Positions 29,369 through 40,801 of a stretch of 64,000 bases of DNA are shown here, in pieces. The stretch's first letter is position 1. Each line of letters begins with the position of its first letter. This stretch comes from an uncultured bacterium. GTDB taxonomy: Bacteria; Gemmatimonadota; Gemmatimonadetes; Gemmatimonadales; Gemmatimonadaceae. The DNA is taken from NCBI GenBank assembly GCA_963978095.1, contig CAXBQP010000006.1, positions 1-64,000 of the forward strand, read 5' to 3'. The notes below the pieces were generated by a model. That model had not been told where the DNA came from. It did no database searches and saw only the letters and a program-made list of their open reading frames with translations. A program made the position numbers and the translations under genes.

Positions 29369-30438
29369 CGCCTCCGCGCGGGCCGCGCATCGGGCGGGGG
29401 GCTGCCGCGCTCCAGTCGGTCGAACGCGTTCCCATCTCCCTTGAAGATCTTGAGCAGGTACGCGAGCGACGGGATGAGGAGCGTCATCCCCACCGTGACC
29501 CCGATGAGCACCAGCTTGAGGGTGATGTCCGGCGCCGCGGCGGCGCGCAGGGATAGGGCGCCTGGAATGATCTCCGGGAACTGTGCGTAGGCCCAACCCC
29601 AGAGAATCAGCGAGATCTGCACCGGCGCGGCGAACCGGGCGATCCGATACCGGCGATTCACCAACGCCCAGAGTGCCGTGAGTGCCGCGATGCTGGTCGC
29701 GCCCTGCAGCGGCAATGCCAGTGGCGCGAAGATCAGGCCACGGACCATGAACGCCGCCTGCTCGCGCGCCAGGTAGAGCACTGCCCCGGCCGCCACGAAA
29801 ACGGCGATCCCCGAGCCGATCGCTCGGCGCCGGAAATCCTCCTTGAGTCGCTCCTCGTCGGCCTCGACGGTGAGATAAACGGCGGCGAGAAACGCGAAGA
29901 GCACCAACGCGAAGACGCCGACGGCGAAGGCGAATGGTGTCGCCCACGGGGCGATGAAGCGCGCGTGGAACGAGCTGGTCGGTGCGGCGCCCACCGCCCC
30001 GGACAACAGCGCACCGCCGCAGATCCCCAACAGCACCGGCGTCACCGTGCTCGCAACGGCGAAAATGACACCCCACCGCTGCTGCAACTCCTGGTGACTG
30101 CTGTCGTACGAACGGAAGGTGAACGCGGATCCGCGCAATACGACGCCGACGAGCAGGAGCGAGATCGGAATGTGAAGCGTGATGGCCAACTGACTGAAGG
30201 CGGCCGGGAAACAGACGAAGGTGAGCACCACGACGAGGATCAACCACACATGATTGGCTTCCCAGATGGGACCAATCGCGCGGTCGATCAGTGCGCGTTG
30301 CTGCTGCCTGCGCGGACCACGCGCGAGCAGATCCCAGACGCCGCCACCGAAATCCGCCCCGCCGAACAACACATACGCGTTGAGCGCGACGACCAGGATC
30401 GCCGCGATCGCGAGCACCAGCGGTGGCGTATCGCTCAC
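29365..30438 (-). CDS. cydB: Cytochrome bd ubiquinol oxidase subunit II
   Basis: GGADFGGG, IGPIWEANHVWLI, VLRGSAF; GTGA overlap with cydA. Confidence 0.93.
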   Translation of the reverse strand: MSDTPPLVLAIAAILVVALNAYVLFGGADFGGGVWDLLARGPRRQQQRALIDRAIGPIWEANHVWLILVVVLTFVCFPAAFSQLAITLHIPISLLLVGVVLRGSAFTFRSYDSSHQELQQRWGVIFAVASTVTPVLLGICGGALLSGAVGAAPTSSFHARFIAPWATPFAFAVGVFALVLFAFLAAVYLTVEADEERLKEDFRRRAIGSGIAVFVAAGAVLYLAREQAAFMVRGLIFAPLALPLQGATSIAALTALWALVNRRYRIARFAAPVQISLILWGWAYAQFPEIIPGALSLRAAAAPDITLKLVLIGVTVGMTLLIPSLAYLLKIFKGDGNAFDRLERGSPPPDARPARRR

Positions 30439-31763
30439 GACAGAGACGCGTCGCCGAGCGGCGCGGCGTCGGGGACCGTCCGCAGGATCTGGTTGTACAT
30501 CAGCCAACTGACGATCACCGCGAGGAACAGATAGAGCCCGGAGAACCCGACCATCGACCAGACGAGCCCCGGCATGGGGGTCACGGTCTGCGCCGTGCGC
30601 ATCACCTTGTAGATGATCCACGGTTGGCGACCGACCTCGGTCACCACCCATCCCGCCTCGATCGCGAGGAACCCGAGCGGCGCGCACACGGCCAGGCACA
30701 GCAGCAGCGGGCGCGAGCCGTCCACGGGCCGCTTCTTGAACCAGCGCCACGCCACCCAGCCGGCGGCGAGGGAGAGCAACGTCCCGAAGGCTACCATCAG
30801 CTGGAAGGCGACGTGCACGATCGCCACCGGCGGCCACTGATCGCGCGGGACGCTGTCGAGTCCCTTCACTTCGGCGAACGGATCGTTGAAGGCCAGGATC
30901 GAAAGCGCATACGGCACTTCGAGGGCACCCCGCGTCTCGAACGCGCGCTCATCCGGGATGCCGCCGATCCGCAGGGGCGCGCCGACCTCGGTGAGAAACT
31001 GTCCTTCCATCGCCGCGAGTTTCACCGGTTGGCGCTTGGCGACCCACTGGGCGCTGAAATGTCCCGACTCGGGCTGCAACAGCGCCGCCGGTACGCCGAC
31101 CCACAAGGCGAGCGTGAGCGCGGCCCGATGAAAACGGTTGCCGGGATGCTTGAGCAGGAGGACGGCATGGATCCCCGCGACCGCCATTCCCGTCGCACAG
31201 TACGCGGCGATAGTCATGTGCAGCGTCTGTTGCACGACGGCGGGATTGAAGAGCGCCGCGATCGGATCGACGTGCACCGCCTTCCCCTCCACGAGCTCGA
31301 AACCCGCCGGCGCATTCATCCACGCATTGGCCATCACGACGAATACGCCGGAGATCATGCCACTCCCCGCCACCGCGACGCCGGACCACAGATGGGCCTT
31401 GGGCGAAATCCGGTTCCAGCCGTACAGATAGATGCCGAGGAAGATCGCTTCGGTGAAGAACGCGAATCCCTCGAGCGAGAAGGGCATGCCGATGATCGGT
31501 CCCGCGAACTCCATGAAACTGGGCCAGAGCAAGCCGAGTTCGAACGACAGGACGGTGCCGGACACCGCGCCGACCGCGAAGAGGATCGCGGTCCCTTTGC
31601 TCCATCGCTTGGCGAGCTCCCGGTACATGGCGTCGCCGGTCCGCTGGGCGTGCCACTCGGCGAGCACCATCAACGCCGGCATCCCGATCCCCACCACCGC
31701 GAAGATGATGTGGAAGGCGAGCGAGATGCCCATCTGGCTGCGGGCGGCGAGTAGGTCGTTCAC
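30435..31763 (-). CDS. cydA: Cytochrome bd ubiquinol oxidase subunit I (short Q-loop)
   Basis: FHIIF, FAVGAVSG, EAIFLG, QPVKLAAME, GWVVTEVGRQPW. Confidence 0.95.
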   Translation of the reverse strand: MNDLLAARSQMGISLAFHIIFAVVGIGMPALMVLAEWHAQRTGDAMYRELAKRWSKGTAILFAVGAVSGTVLSFELGLLWPSFMEFAGPIIGMPFSLEGFAFFTEAIFLGIYLYGWNRISPKAHLWSGVAVAGSGMISGVFVVMANAWMNAPAGFELVEGKAVHVDPIAALFNPAVVQQTLHMTIAAYCATGMAVAGIHAVLLLKHPGNRFHRAALTLALWVGVPAALLQPESGHFSAQWVAKRQPVKLAAMEGQFLTEVGAPLRIGGIPDERAFETRGALEVPYALSILAFNDPFAEVKGLDSVPRDQWPPVAIVHVAFQLMVAFGTLLSLAAGWVAWRWFKKRPVDGSRPLLLCLAVCAPLGFLAIEAGWVVTEVGRQPWIIYKVMRTAQTVTPMPGLVWSMVGFSGLYLFLAVIVSWLMYNQILRTVPDAAPLGDASLS

Positions 31764-31788
31764 GGCATCTAATGGAGCGGGGAACCGA

Positions 31789-32655
31789 TCAGTCGAAATC
31801 GAGCGCGAGATTCAAGGCGGGGGCGGAGTGCGTGAGCGCACCGACGCTGATGCGGTCCACACCGGACTCGGCGATGGCACGGACCGTGTCGAGGCGCACG
31901 CCGCCACTCGCTTCCGTCACCACCTGACCCGCGGCGATGGCCACCGCCTCACGCATCTGCTCGACCGACATGTTGTCGAGCAGGACGCTGTCGGCGCCGG
32001 CGGCGATCGCCGCGCGGAGTTGATCGATGGTGTCGCACTCCACCTGCACCGGGATCCCCGACGCGGCGCACTCGCGCACGCGCCGCACTGCCGCACCGAT
32101 GTCCCCGTCGACCGCGGCGAGATGATTGTCCTTGATCAGCACCGCGCTGGCGAGGTCCATCCGGTGGTTGGTGCCACCCCCGCAGCGCACGGCATACTTC
32201 TCCAGTGCGCGCCAACCCGGTGTGGTCTTGCGCGTATCGAGGATGGCCGCGCGGGTCCCCTGCACCGTCGCCACGTACCGATGGGTCAATGACGCGACGC
32301 CGCTCAGCCGCTGCATGAAGTTCAACGCGGTACGCTCCGCCGCGAGGATTCCGCGGGCGCGGCCGGCGACATGAAGCACCGTGTCGCCCGGCTGGACCGC
32401 CATGCCGTCCTCGGCATCGACGCGCACCTGGACCTCGGGATCCGCGAGCCGGAACGCCGCGAGCGCCAGCGGAACGCCGGCAATCACCCCGGTCTCGCGT
32501 GCCACGAGTCGCGCGCCCGCACGGCGCGATGCGTGGACGGTGGCCAGCGTGGTGACATCGTTCTCCGCATGGTCCTCGCGCAACGCCTCCCGCACGAGCG
32601 CCTGGAGTGCCGAGGCGGTGAGGGGAAAGCGAAGCTCGCGCCCCGCGCCGCTCAT
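31789..32655 (-). CDS. nadC: Quinolinate phosphoribosyltransferase
   Basis: [32 protein letters not shown]. Confidence 0.96.
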   Translation of the reverse strand: MSGAGRELRFPLTASALQALVREALREDHAENDVTTLATVHASRRAGARLVARETGVIAGVPLALAAFRLADPEVQVRVDAEDGMAVQPGDTVLHVAGRARGILAAERTALNFMQRLSGVASLTHRYVATVQGTRAAILDTRKTTPGWRALEKYAVRCGGGTNHRMDLASAVLIKDNHLAAVDGDIGAAVRRVRECAASGIPVQVECDTIDQLRAAIAAGADSVLLDNMSVEQMREAVAIAAGQVVTEASGGVRLDTVRAIAESGVDRISVGALTHSAPALNLALDFD

Positions 32656-33668
32656 TCGCCCGGGTCCACGCCGGGGCCGGCGGGCGTCGGCGTCGTTCCC
32701 CCGATGGACACCATCCGGTCGATCGCGCGCTGTGCACGCGATGCCACCGCCGGGTCCACCGTGATCCGATGCTGGTTCTTCAGGATCGCGTCGAGCAACG
32801 TCGGCATCGTCGTGACCTTCATGTACGCGCACGAGGCACGCTCATTCGCGGCGTAGAACGTCTTGTCCGGGTAGGCCCGCTGCAGACGGTGCAGAATCCC
32901 CACTTCCGTCGCCACGATGAACTCGCGGGCCGGCGAAGCCGCCGGCCGCTGGATCATCCCCTCCGTGGAGAGGATGTGCGCCCCATCAGGATCGACGTCG
33001 CCCGCCGAAAGCGCTTCGACCACGCTGGTGGCGCACCCGCACTCCGGATGCACCAGGAACTCGGCCTCGGGGTGCAACGCGCGCTGCAAGCGGATGTTCT
33101 CGGGATCGATGCCGGCGTGCACATGACACTCCCCCATCCAGACGTGGATGTTCTTCCGTCCCGTGATGCGCCGCACGTGCGCGCCGAGGAACATGTCGGG
33201 GAGAAAGAGGATCTCCTGGTCGGCGGGGATCGCCTCGATCACCTCGACGGCGTTCCCGGAGGTGCAGCAGTAGTCGCTCTCCGCCTTCACCTCCGCCGTC
33301 GTGTTCACGTAGGCAACCACGACCGCGCCGGGATGCTCGGCTTTCCAGGCGCGCACCTGCTCGGCGTTGATCGTGTCGGCCAGGGAGCACCCTGCGGCGA
33401 GATCCGGCAGCAGCACCGTCTTGTCCGGCGACAAGATGGCCGCCGTTTCCGCCATGAAATGCACGCCACAGAAGACGATGGTGTCCGCCGAGGTCCGGGC
33501 CGCCTCCCGGGAAAGACCGAGGGAGTCCCCCACGAAGTCCGCGACGTCCTGGATTTCGGGACGCTCGTAGTTGTGGGCGAGAATGACGGCGTTGCGGGCG
33601 CGCGCCGCGCGACGGATCTCCTCGTGGATTTCGGCGAACGCGGCCGCGGGGACGGAGGGGGAAGTCAT
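32652..33668 (-). CDS. nadA: Quinolinate synthase A
   Basis: [36 protein letters not shown]. Confidence 0.96.
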   Translation of the reverse strand: MTSPSVPAAAFAEIHEEIRRAARARNAVILAHNYERPEIQDVADFVGDSLGLSREAARTSADTIVFCGVHFMAETAAILSPDKTVLLPDLAAGCSLADTINAEQVRAWKAEHPGAVVVAYVNTTAEVKAESDYCCTSGNAVEVIEAIPADQEILFLPDMFLGAHVRRITGRKNIHVWMGECHVHAGIDPENIRLQRALHPEAEFLVHPECGCATSVVEALSAGDVDPDGAHILSTEGMIQRPAASPAREFIVATEVGILHRLQRAYPDKTFYAANERASCAYMKVTTMPTLLDAILKNQHRITVDPAVASRAQRAIDRMVSIGGTTPTPAGPGVDPGE

Positions 33669-33779
33669 GTTGTATGATAGCGTCACACCCGGGGGGCGTG
33701 GCAGGTGAGAACGCCCCTTCGGAGGGTGGCGTTCCCAAGGGGTAGCGTTTCCGAGGCGTGGTCCGCGATTATTGCTCTC

Positions 33780-34703
33780 ATGGATCTGTTCGAGAGTGCC
33801 GGCGGAACCGCGGCGGTCGCCACACGCGTCGTGACGCTGACAGGAATCACTCTGGCGGTCGGCGCGGTGGTATTCCGGTTCCTGGTCATTGAACGACTTT
33901 CGGACTCCGGTGTCCGGGCCACCCATCGCGAGCTTCCGTCCGCGCCATGGATCGGGGTGATTGGCGCCGTGCTGGCGGCGCTCATGTCGCCCGCGCGGCT
34001 CGTGGTTCAGGCGCAGGCCCTTGGCGATGGCACGCCCTCCATGCTCGGGGCCGTGGCGTCGACCGCATGGGGGATGGCCGTGATTGCGCAGGGGATCACC
34101 GCCGCGGGCGCAGCCGCCGGCTTTCTCCTGGGGCGCTTCGGTTCGGGTCGTGCTCGGGGGAAGGGCTGGTCGATGGCGGCCGCGGCCACGCTCGGATTGG
34201 CATTGAGCCCTGCGCTGACGGGGCATGCGATTGCCGAGCCACGGTGGCCGCTCGTCTCGCTGGCGAGCGATTGGGTGCACGTGCTGGCCGCCGGCGGATG
34301 GATCGGCACACTCGTGGTGCTGACGCTGGAAGTCCGCCGTGATGCGGCCGCACGCGGCCGCGGCGACCGTGCAGCCGCGCTGATCGAAGCGTTCCACGCG
34401 GTGGCCCTTGGTTGTGCCGGTGCGGTGGTGGTCACGGGACTCTTGAGTCTGTGGCTTCGCGTGCCGCATCCATTCCGTGATCTGTGGCCCAGCGTGTACG
34501 CGGACGTGCTTCTCTGGAAGATCGCGCCGGTCGCGATGGTGATGCTGTTCGGCGCGCTGCACGGTTGGAAGGGGCCGGGTCGCGCACGCGCGAAGGGCGC
34601 GCGCCAAGTGGCCGGCACGCTGCTCTGGGAGTGCATCTTCGCGGCGATCGTGCTGACGGTGACCGGGATGCTCGTGGGCACCGAGCCACCGGGGCTGCGC
34701 TAG
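33780..34703 (+). CDS. CopD-family copper transport membrane protein
   Basis: Multi-[31 protein letters not shown]. Confidence 0.78.
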   Translation: MDLFESAGGTAAVATRVVTLTGITLAVGAVVFRFLVIERLSDSGVRATHRELPSAPWIGVIGAVLAALMSPARLVVQAQALGDGTPSMLGAVASTAWGMAVIAQGITAAGAAAGFLLGRFGSGRARGKGWSMAAAATLGLALSPALTGHAIAEPRWPLVSLASDWVHVLAAGGWIGTLVVLTLEVRRDAAARGRGDRAAALIEAFHAVALGCAGAVVVTGLLSLWLRVPHPFRDLWPSVYADVLLWKIAPVAMVMLFGALHGWKGPGRARAKGARQVAGTLLWECIFAAIVLTVTGMLVGTEPPGLR

Positions 34704-34710
34704 CCGCGCC

Positions 34711-36222
34711 TCACCATTCGATATGCTTGCCGCGCCATTTCTTCTTCTCGCGCGGAAAGTCCTGTCGGAAGTGCCCACCGCGTGACTCTTTGCGCATGAG
34801 GGCGGCTTCCGTGATCAAGCGAGCGGTGTCGAGCAGATTCCGCTCCTCGGTCGCGCCGGCCGTGATGCGCGACCCGATATCGTCGAGCTCGGCAAGACAG
34901 TTGCGCAGGCCCTTCGCGGTACGGGCGATGCCGGCTCCCATCCACATCACCGCGCGGATGCGGTCCGCCGCGACTTGCGCGGCGCCGCGATCGTCGAGCG
35001 ACGGCACCGACCACGTCGGGATACGCGGCAGGCGCGGCAGGCGCGGCATCGCGATCATGTCATTGGCGACCCGCTCGGCGAACACGAGACCTTCGAGCAG
35101 CGAGTTGCTCGCCAGGCGGTTCGCGCCGTGCACGCCCGTGCAACTGACCTCACCGCACGCATAGAGGCGCTCGAGGGACGAACGTCCGGCGAGGTCCGTG
35201 ACGATGCCCCCCATCATGTAGTGGGCGGCTGGCGTCACGGGAATGCGGTCCTTGCGTGGATCGATCCCGCGCGCGCGACACAGGGCGAAGATGCCGGGGA
35301 ACCGGCGGGCGAAGACGCGCGCCATCTTCCGCGCGTCGAGGTAGACCGCCGAGCCCGCCATCTGCTCGCGGAACACCTCGCGCGACACGATGTCGCGCGG
35401 CGCGAGCTCGGCGAGCCGATGTCGGCGCGTCATGAAGCGCTGTCCCCGTTCATTCACGAGGATCGCTCCCTCACCACGCACCGCTTCCGAGATCAGTGCC
35501 AGCGGCGTCTCCGGGGTGTTGAGGGCGGTCGGGTGAAACTGGACGAACTCCATGTCGGCCAGCCGCGCCCCGGCACGATGCGCGATCGCAAAGCCGTCGC
35601 CGGTGGCGACGACCGGATTGGTCGTGTAGCGATACACCTGTCCACAGCCGCCGGTGGCGATCACCGTCGCGTCAGCGATGATCTCCACGGCGCGTCCGGC
35701 GACGCTGGCGCGCACACCGATGCAGCGGGTCCCGGCGACGATCAGGTCGAGCGCGCGCGCACGCTCGAGAATCGTGATGTTCGGCGTGGACTTCACGCGC
35801 TCGATCAAGGTACGCGCCACCTCCGCACCGGTTTGATCACCCTGCGCGTGCACGATCCGGTGGCGGGAATGGGCCGCTTCCTTCCCCAACGACAACTTGC
35901 CCCGCGGATCGGTGTCGAACCGCGCGCCGATGCTCGCCAACTCGCGGACGCGCTGTGGCCCCTCGGCCACGAGCACTTCCACGGCAGCGGAGTCACAGAG
36001 CGCCGCGCCGGCGGCGAGCGTGTCTTGGCGATGCAACTGTGGCGAGTCCCCCGCACCGAGCGCGGCCGCAATGCCGCCCTGCGCGTAGGCCGTGGCGCTG
36101 TCGAACAGCGACGCCTTGGTCAGGATCGTGACGTCACCGTGGGCCGAGGCACGCCAGGCGGCATGCAGTCCCGCAACGCCGGTGCCGATCACCACGAACC
36201 GCGTGCGCAGCCGGTCGGTCAT
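34711..36222 (-). CDS. nadB: L-aspartate oxidase
   Basis: [53 protein letters not shown]. Confidence 0.95.
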   Translation of the reverse strand: MTDRLRTRFVVIGTGVAGLHAAWRASAHGDVTILTKASLFDSATAYAQGGIAAALGAGDSPQLHRQDTLAAGAALCDSAAVEVLVAEGPQRVRELASIGARFDTDPRGKLSLGKEAAHSRHRIVHAQGDQTGAEVARTLIERVKSTPNITILERARALDLIVAGTRCIGVRASVAGRAVEIIADATVIATGGCGQVYRYTTNPVVATGDGFAIAHRAGARLADMEFVQFHPTALNTPETPLALISEAVRGEGAILVNERGQRFMTRRHRLAELAPRDIVSREVFREQMAGSAVYLDARKMARVFARRFPGIFALCRARGIDPRKDRIPVTPAAHYMMGGIVTDLAGRSSLERLYACGEVSCTGVHGANRLASNSLLEGLVFAERVANDMIAMPRLPRLPRIPTWSVPSLDDRGAAQVAADRIRAVMWMGAGIARTAKGLRNCLAELDDIGSRITAGATEERNLLDTARLITEAALMRKESRGGHFRQDFPREKKKWRGKHIEW

Positions 36223-37028
36223 TGCGGCACCCGCGTCCGGTCTTCATTGGCCCACTTGAAGAAGATGATCGTGGCGGCGCAGAAGATCAGCCCGAGTCCG
36301 CCGAGCTCCATCACACTGCCGGCAAGCTTCTGGTCGGACAGCGGATCGATCAGCGGGAAGGGCGGGGCCATCTCGTAGATGCCGTAGAGAGGGAACTCCG
36401 CCGACACGAGGATCATCGCGACGAGCGTGTGAAAGAGCGTGCCGAGCAGCAAATACAGCAGCTTGAGCGGGAGCGGGAACTTCCCGTGATCCGGTACCGG
36501 CACGATGATCGACCACCAGAACAGCAACCCGCCCACCAGCCAGGCGCTATCGATGACGAACGCACCGAGCGGGAACTTCATGTAGCCGTCCACGACCTTC
36601 GGCGTATGCGTGACCGCCACGATCACGTTGAACAGGATCGCCGCGACCAGCGGCGTGGTGAGGACGCGCCCGAGCGCCGCCGGCACTCCGGACCACGGGG
36701 CACGTCCGGCTTTGTCGACGATGGCGATGCGAAGCCCGTACAGCAGCAGGGGCGCCGCGAGTAGCGCGGTCATCAGGAACTGCATCGCATGGGCGAACGA
36801 CAAATAGCCGGCCGCGAGCGGACCCAGCGGCCAATCGAGCGCCATCCAAAGTGCGGCCAATCCGCCGACTAACGACGCCCGGGGGGCGAAGGTCATGCGC
36901 TGCCACGGCGCCCCCTTGACGAGCCACACGGCGATCAGGATGGCCGCCGCGACGAACGCCCAGACGCCAGGATACGCCACCCAGCGCCAGCTCCATTGTG
37001 TGCCTTGTGCGGAACACCACCATTGCAT
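36219..37028 (-). CDS. ctaG: Cytochrome c oxidase assembly factor (caa3-CtaG family)
   Basis: LDWPL, HAMQFL..PLLL, DQKLAG..M; multi-TM; ATGA overlap with nadB. Confidence 0.8.
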   Translation of the reverse strand: MQWWCSAQGTQWSWRWVAYPGVWAFVAAAILIAVWLVKGAPWQRMTFAPRASLVGGLAALWMALDWPLGPLAAGYLSFAHAMQFLMTALLAAPLLLYGLRIAIVDKAGRAPWSGVPAALGRVLTTPLVAAILFNVIVAVTHTPKVVDGYMKFPLGAFVIDSAWLVGGLLFWWSIIVPVPDHGKFPLPLKLLYLLLGTLFHTLVAMILVSAEFPLYGIYEMAPPFPLIDPLSDQKLAGSVMELGGLGLIFCAATIIFFKWANEDRTRVPQ

Positions 37029-37059
37029 GCGGGTCGGTCTCAGTCGCGGGGAGTGGCGG

Positions 37060-38145
37060 TCACCGGCGCACGGGTGCGGCCGTCGCCGTGTCGAGGTCGG
37101 CGTAGGTGATCACGGAGAGCTCCGTGGTCACCACGCCGCCATGAGCGAAGCGTACCAGCAGCCGAAAGCGTTCCCCGCGCGTGTATGCGCGGGACGGTTT
37201 CTCGATCATGACGTGGGCACCGCCCGGGGCCAGGCGAACCGTGCCGCCTGCGGGAACCTCGTAGGCGGCGGCCGGCATCATTCGCATGTTGCCTGTGGCC
37301 TGATCGTGCTGGTGTTCGTGCAGGGATGCCGCACCGGCACCCGGGACCTCGACGGCCACCACCGAATCCGTGGTGGTGCCCCGGTTGTGGGCGGTGAAAT
37401 ACAGGGCCGCGGGCGTGTCGCCGATCGGCATCACGAGGTAGGCACGTTCCACCGAGAGTGCGGGCGCCGCGGTGCCACGTGCGAGCAGCTTCGGAATCTC
37501 GCGTGCCCACTCCGTTCGCCGGGCGCCGAAGGGAAACATGACGTGGGCGCTGTCATCCTCGGTGAACACCACCACCGGGGCGGAATGGGTCACCACGGGC
37601 GCGCCCGTGGAATCGGTGGAGAGGATCGCCGGGGCGAAGTTGACGCGTTTCTGTGCGCTGTCGATCGCCGCGCGGCCGCCGGTGAGTGCCACATAGCGTG
37701 GATCGAACGCATCCAGGAACTTCCGGAGGACGGTCGCCGAATCGCGATCCGGATCGACGGTCACGAAGACGACCCGCGTACGCGCGCGGTCGGCCGTCGT
37801 CAGCTTGCCGAGCGCTGCCGTGATGTTGGCGAGGTGCACGGGGCAGACGTCGGGACAGTGGGTATAGCCGAACATCAGGAACGTCAGCATCCCCGCTGTT
37901 TCCTTGCGGAACTCGAACGGGCGGCCGTCGGTCGTGGTCAGCGTGAACGACGGACGCGGCAGGGCGATGGCGACGGCCGTGGAGTCGGCGGCCGGGGGAG
38001 CTGGACGGTCGGTGCGTGTGCAGGCTGCGAGGAGGCACGACACGACCAAGACGGGCCCCAACGCTCGGGCGGCGGGCTTCCGGCGAGGCGTCCCCGACGC
38101 AGCGGACAGGGGGCGGAGGGCGGCAGTCGGACACATCGATGGCAT
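37060..38145 (-). CDS. SCO1/SenC-PCu(A)C fusion copper chaperone lipoprotein
   Basis: LAAC lipobox; FGYTHCPDVCP, TVDPDRD, THS (SCO); AALYFT, LHEH..MRM...LAPGGAHVM (PCuAC). Confidence 0.85.
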   Translation of the reverse strand: MPSMCPTAALRPLSAASGTPRRKPAARALGPVLVVSCLLAACTRTDRPAPPAADSTAVAIALPRPSFTLTTTDGRPFEFRKETAGMLTFLMFGYTHCPDVCPVHLANITAALGKLTTADRARTRVVFVTVDPDRDSATVLRKFLDAFDPRYVALTGGRAAIDSAQKRVNFAPAILSTDSTGAPVVTHSAPVVVFTEDDSAHVMFPFGARRTEWAREIPKLLARGTAAPALSVERAYLVMPIGDTPAALYFTAHNRGTTTDSVVAVEVPGAGAASLHEHQHDQATGNMRMMPAAAYEVPAGGTVRLAPGGAHVMIEKPSRAYTRGERFRLLVRFAHGGVVTTELSVITYADLDTATAAPVRR

Positions 38146-38222
38146 TGCCCGTGAAATCTAGCGCGAGTTTCGGGCCCGCACTGCTTGCAGACCCCTGCGA
38201 AAACAGCGAACGTATCCCACTT

Positions 38223-39260
38223 ATGCGTCGAATCCTCACGGTCGTGGGCGTGCTCCTCGCCGTCCATCTCACACTGCTGTTCGTCCGCCCCTCGGGGGCG
38301 GCGGCGCCGCCGACGGGCACGGGGCTGAACGTGGGGGTGGTGTTCGACCTGGGCGGTCGAGGCGACAAGTCGTTCAACGATGGCGCCTACGTGGGGGCCA
38401 TGCGCGCCGCGGAGCAGCTCGGCGCGCATGTCCGCTTCGTGGAGCCTGGGGAAGGCTCGGACCGTGAGGCCGGGCTCCGGCTGTTGGCGGCAGAGGGCAT
38501 GGATCTGGTGATCGGCGTCGGGTTCATCTTCACGGATGACCTGACGGCGCTCGCCAAGGAGTACCCCAAGGTCGCGTTCGCCGGCGTCGATTATGCGGTA
38601 TCGATCGACAAGGACGGTCAGGTGGTCCAACCACCCAAGAACATGGCCGCGCTCAAGTTCCGGGAGGAGCAGGGATCGTTCCTGGTCGGGGCGATCGCGG
38701 CGCTCGTGGGGAACTCCAAGAAGATGGGATTCGTGGGCGGCATGGACTCGCCGCTGATCCACAAGTTCGAAGCCGGATACCGCGCGGGGGTGAAGGCCGT
38801 GTGCGCCGATTGCGAGGTGATCGCGCAGTACGCCGGCGTCACCCCGGAGGCGTTCCGGAATCCGGGACGCGGCAAGGAGCTCGCCCTCAGCCAGTATCAG
38901 CAAGGAGTGAATGTCATCTATCACGCCTCGGGTTCAACGGGACTCGGCGTGTTCGAAGCCGCCAGGACGCTGAACAAGTATGGCATCGGCGTGGACGCCG
39001 ATCAGTACAAGGAAGCGCCGGGACGGGTGCTCACGTCGATGGTGAAGCGCGTGGACAACGCCGTGTTCGACGTCATCACGCGCGTGAAGAACCGGACGTT
39101 CACCGGGGGCATCTACAACTTCGGCTTGGCCGAAGACGGCGTGGGCTACGTGTACGACGCGAACAACATGGCACTGATCCCGGACGCCGTACGCACCCGC
39201 ATCGAAGCCTTGAAGGCCGACATCGTCGCCGGCCGTATCTCCGTCCCGAGTAGCCGATGA
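38223..39260 (+). CDS. BMP family ABC transporter substrate-binding protein (nucleoside)
   Basis: GGRGDKSFN, FREEQGSFLVG, IGVDADQ, SMVKRVD. Confidence 0.92.
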   Translation: MRRILTVVGVLLAVHLTLLFVRPSGAAAPPTGTGLNVGVVFDLGGRGDKSFNDGAYVGAMRAAEQLGAHVRFVEPGEGSDREAGLRLLAAEGMDLVIGVGFIFTDDLTALAKEYPKVAFAGVDYAVSIDKDGQVVQPPKNMAALKFREEQGSFLVGAIAALVGNSKKMGFVGGMDSPLIHKFEAGYRAGVKAVCADCEVIAQYAGVTPEAFRNPGRGKELALSQYQQGVNVIYHASGSTGLGVFEAARTLNKYGIGVDADQYKEAPGRVLTSMVKRVDNAVFDVITRVKNRTFTGGIYNFGLAEDGVGYVYDANNMALIPDAVRTRIEALKADIVAGRISVPSSR

Positions 39261-40801
39261 GCGATCCGCACGACAGGCAATCCCCGGCGGTTCGCATGAC
39301 CGGGATCGACAAGCGGTTCGGTCCCGTGCGCGCGAACCGCGGGGCGTTGCTGGAGGTCCGCCAGGGCGAGATCCACGCGCTGGTCGGCGAGAACGGTGCC
39401 GGGAAGTCGACCCTGATGAAGATGCTGGCGGGGATGTTCGCGCCCGATGGCGGCACGATCGAGGTCGGGGGTCGTGACGTGACGGGGTGGAGTACGGCGC
39501 AAGCCATCGGCGCCGGTGTCGGGATGGTGCATCAGCACTTCATGCTCGTGCCCACGCTCACAGTGGCCGAGAATGTCGTGCTCGGCCGTGAGCCGGTGAG
39601 TGTCGCAACCTTCGATGCCGCACGCGCCATCCGGGAGGTGGAGTCGCTCTGCGAACAGAGCGGACTGCACGTGCCCGCCGACCGCCTGGTCGCCGACCTG
39701 TCCGTGGGCGAAGCCCAGCGCGTGGAGATCCTCAAGACGCTGTACCGCGGCGCGCGCATCCTGCTGCTCGACGAACCCACCGCAGTGCTTTCCCCGCCCG
39801 AAGTGACCGAGCTCTGGCGTGTGTTGCGACGCGTGCGCGACGGTGGCGCCACGATCATCCTGATCACGCACAAGCTCGACGAAGTCATGCACGTCACCGA
39901 GAACATCACGGTGATGCGCCAAGGGGAGACGGTCGCCCGGATGGCCACGCGCGACACGACTCCGGAAGGCATCGCCAAGGCGATGGTCGGGCGCGATGTG
40001 GATCTCGGGGTGCAGTCCGCCCATGGGGGCGCGCGCGCGATGGGCGCGCCGGCACTCGAGGTCCAGCACCTCGTGGTACGCGGCGCGCGGGTGGACCGCG
40101 CCGTGCACGATGTATCCTTCGCGATCCAACCGGGAGAGATCCTCGGCATCGCGGGCGTCGAGGGCAATGGACAGACCGAGCTGCTCGAGGCGCTGGCGGG
40201 ACTTCGACCCACCGAGAGTGGTGTCGTGACACTCGGCGGGCGCGACGTCACGGCCTTGGGCGTCCGCGAGCGCGGAGATGCGGGACTGTCCCACATTCCG
40301 GAGGACCGGCACCGTCGCGGACTCATCCTCGACTACACGATCGCGGACAACCTCATCCTCGGCCAGCAACACCGCTTCACGCGCGGTGCGGCGATCGACG
40401 TCGCCGCCGTGACGGCCCATGCGCAGGCCAAGATCGCGGAATATGACATCCGGCCGACGGATCCCCTGCTCGCCGCCCGCGCCCTCTCGGGCGGGAATCA
40501 ACAGAAGATCGTGATTGCCCGGGAACTCTCGCGGCCGTTCGTCGCGTTGCTCGCGGCGCAGCCGACGCGTGGCGTCGACGTTGGGGCGATCGAGTTCATC
40601 CACGGCGAGCTCCGCAAGGCGCGCGCGGCCGGAAAGGCGGTCCTGCTCGTGAGCGCCGAGTTGCGCGAAGTGTTGAGCCTGGCGGATCGCATCGCCGTGA
40701 TGTACGGAGGGAAGATCGTGACCGTGCTGAACCGGGCTGACGCGAGCGAGGAAGTCCTCGGCCCCTTCATGACAGGCGCGCGGCGCGAGGTGGCGGCATG
40801 A
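39257..40801 (+). CDS. Sugar/nucleoside ABC transporter ATP-binding protein (two ABC domains)
   Basis: GENGAGKST, LDEPT, LSGGNQQK, QPTRGVD. Confidence 0.95.
   Translation: MSDPHDRQSPAVRMTGIDKRFGPVRANRGALLEVRQGEIHALVGENGAGKSTLMKMLAGMFAPDGGTIEVGGRDVTGWSTAQAIGAGVGMVHQHFMLVPTLTVAENVVLGREPVSVATFDAARAIREVESLCEQSGLHVPADRLVADLSVGEAQRVEILKTLYRGARILLLDEPTAVLSPPEVTELWRVLRRVRDGGATIILITHKLDEVMHVTENITVMRQGETVARMATRDTTPEGIAKAMVGRDVDLGVQSAHGGARAMGAPALEVQHLVVRGARVDRAVHDVSFAIQPGEILGIAGVEGNGQTELLEALAGLRPTESGVVTLGGRDVTALGVRERGDAGLSHIPEDRHRRGLILDYTIADNLILGQQHRFTRGAAIDVAAVTAHAQAKIAEYDIRPTDPLLAARALSGGNQQKIVIARELSRPFVALLAAQPTRGVDVGAIEFIHGELRKARAAGKAVLLVSAELREVLSLADRIAVMYGGKIVTVLNRADASEEVLGPFMTGARREVAA

Noticed and set aside
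33669..33779. Possible NAD+ riboswitch upstream of nadA (hairpin GAACGCC...GGCGTTC)
   Set aside because: A -10 box sits 5 nt before the nadA ATG, suggesting no leader, and I cannot recognise the nadA-motif consensus.
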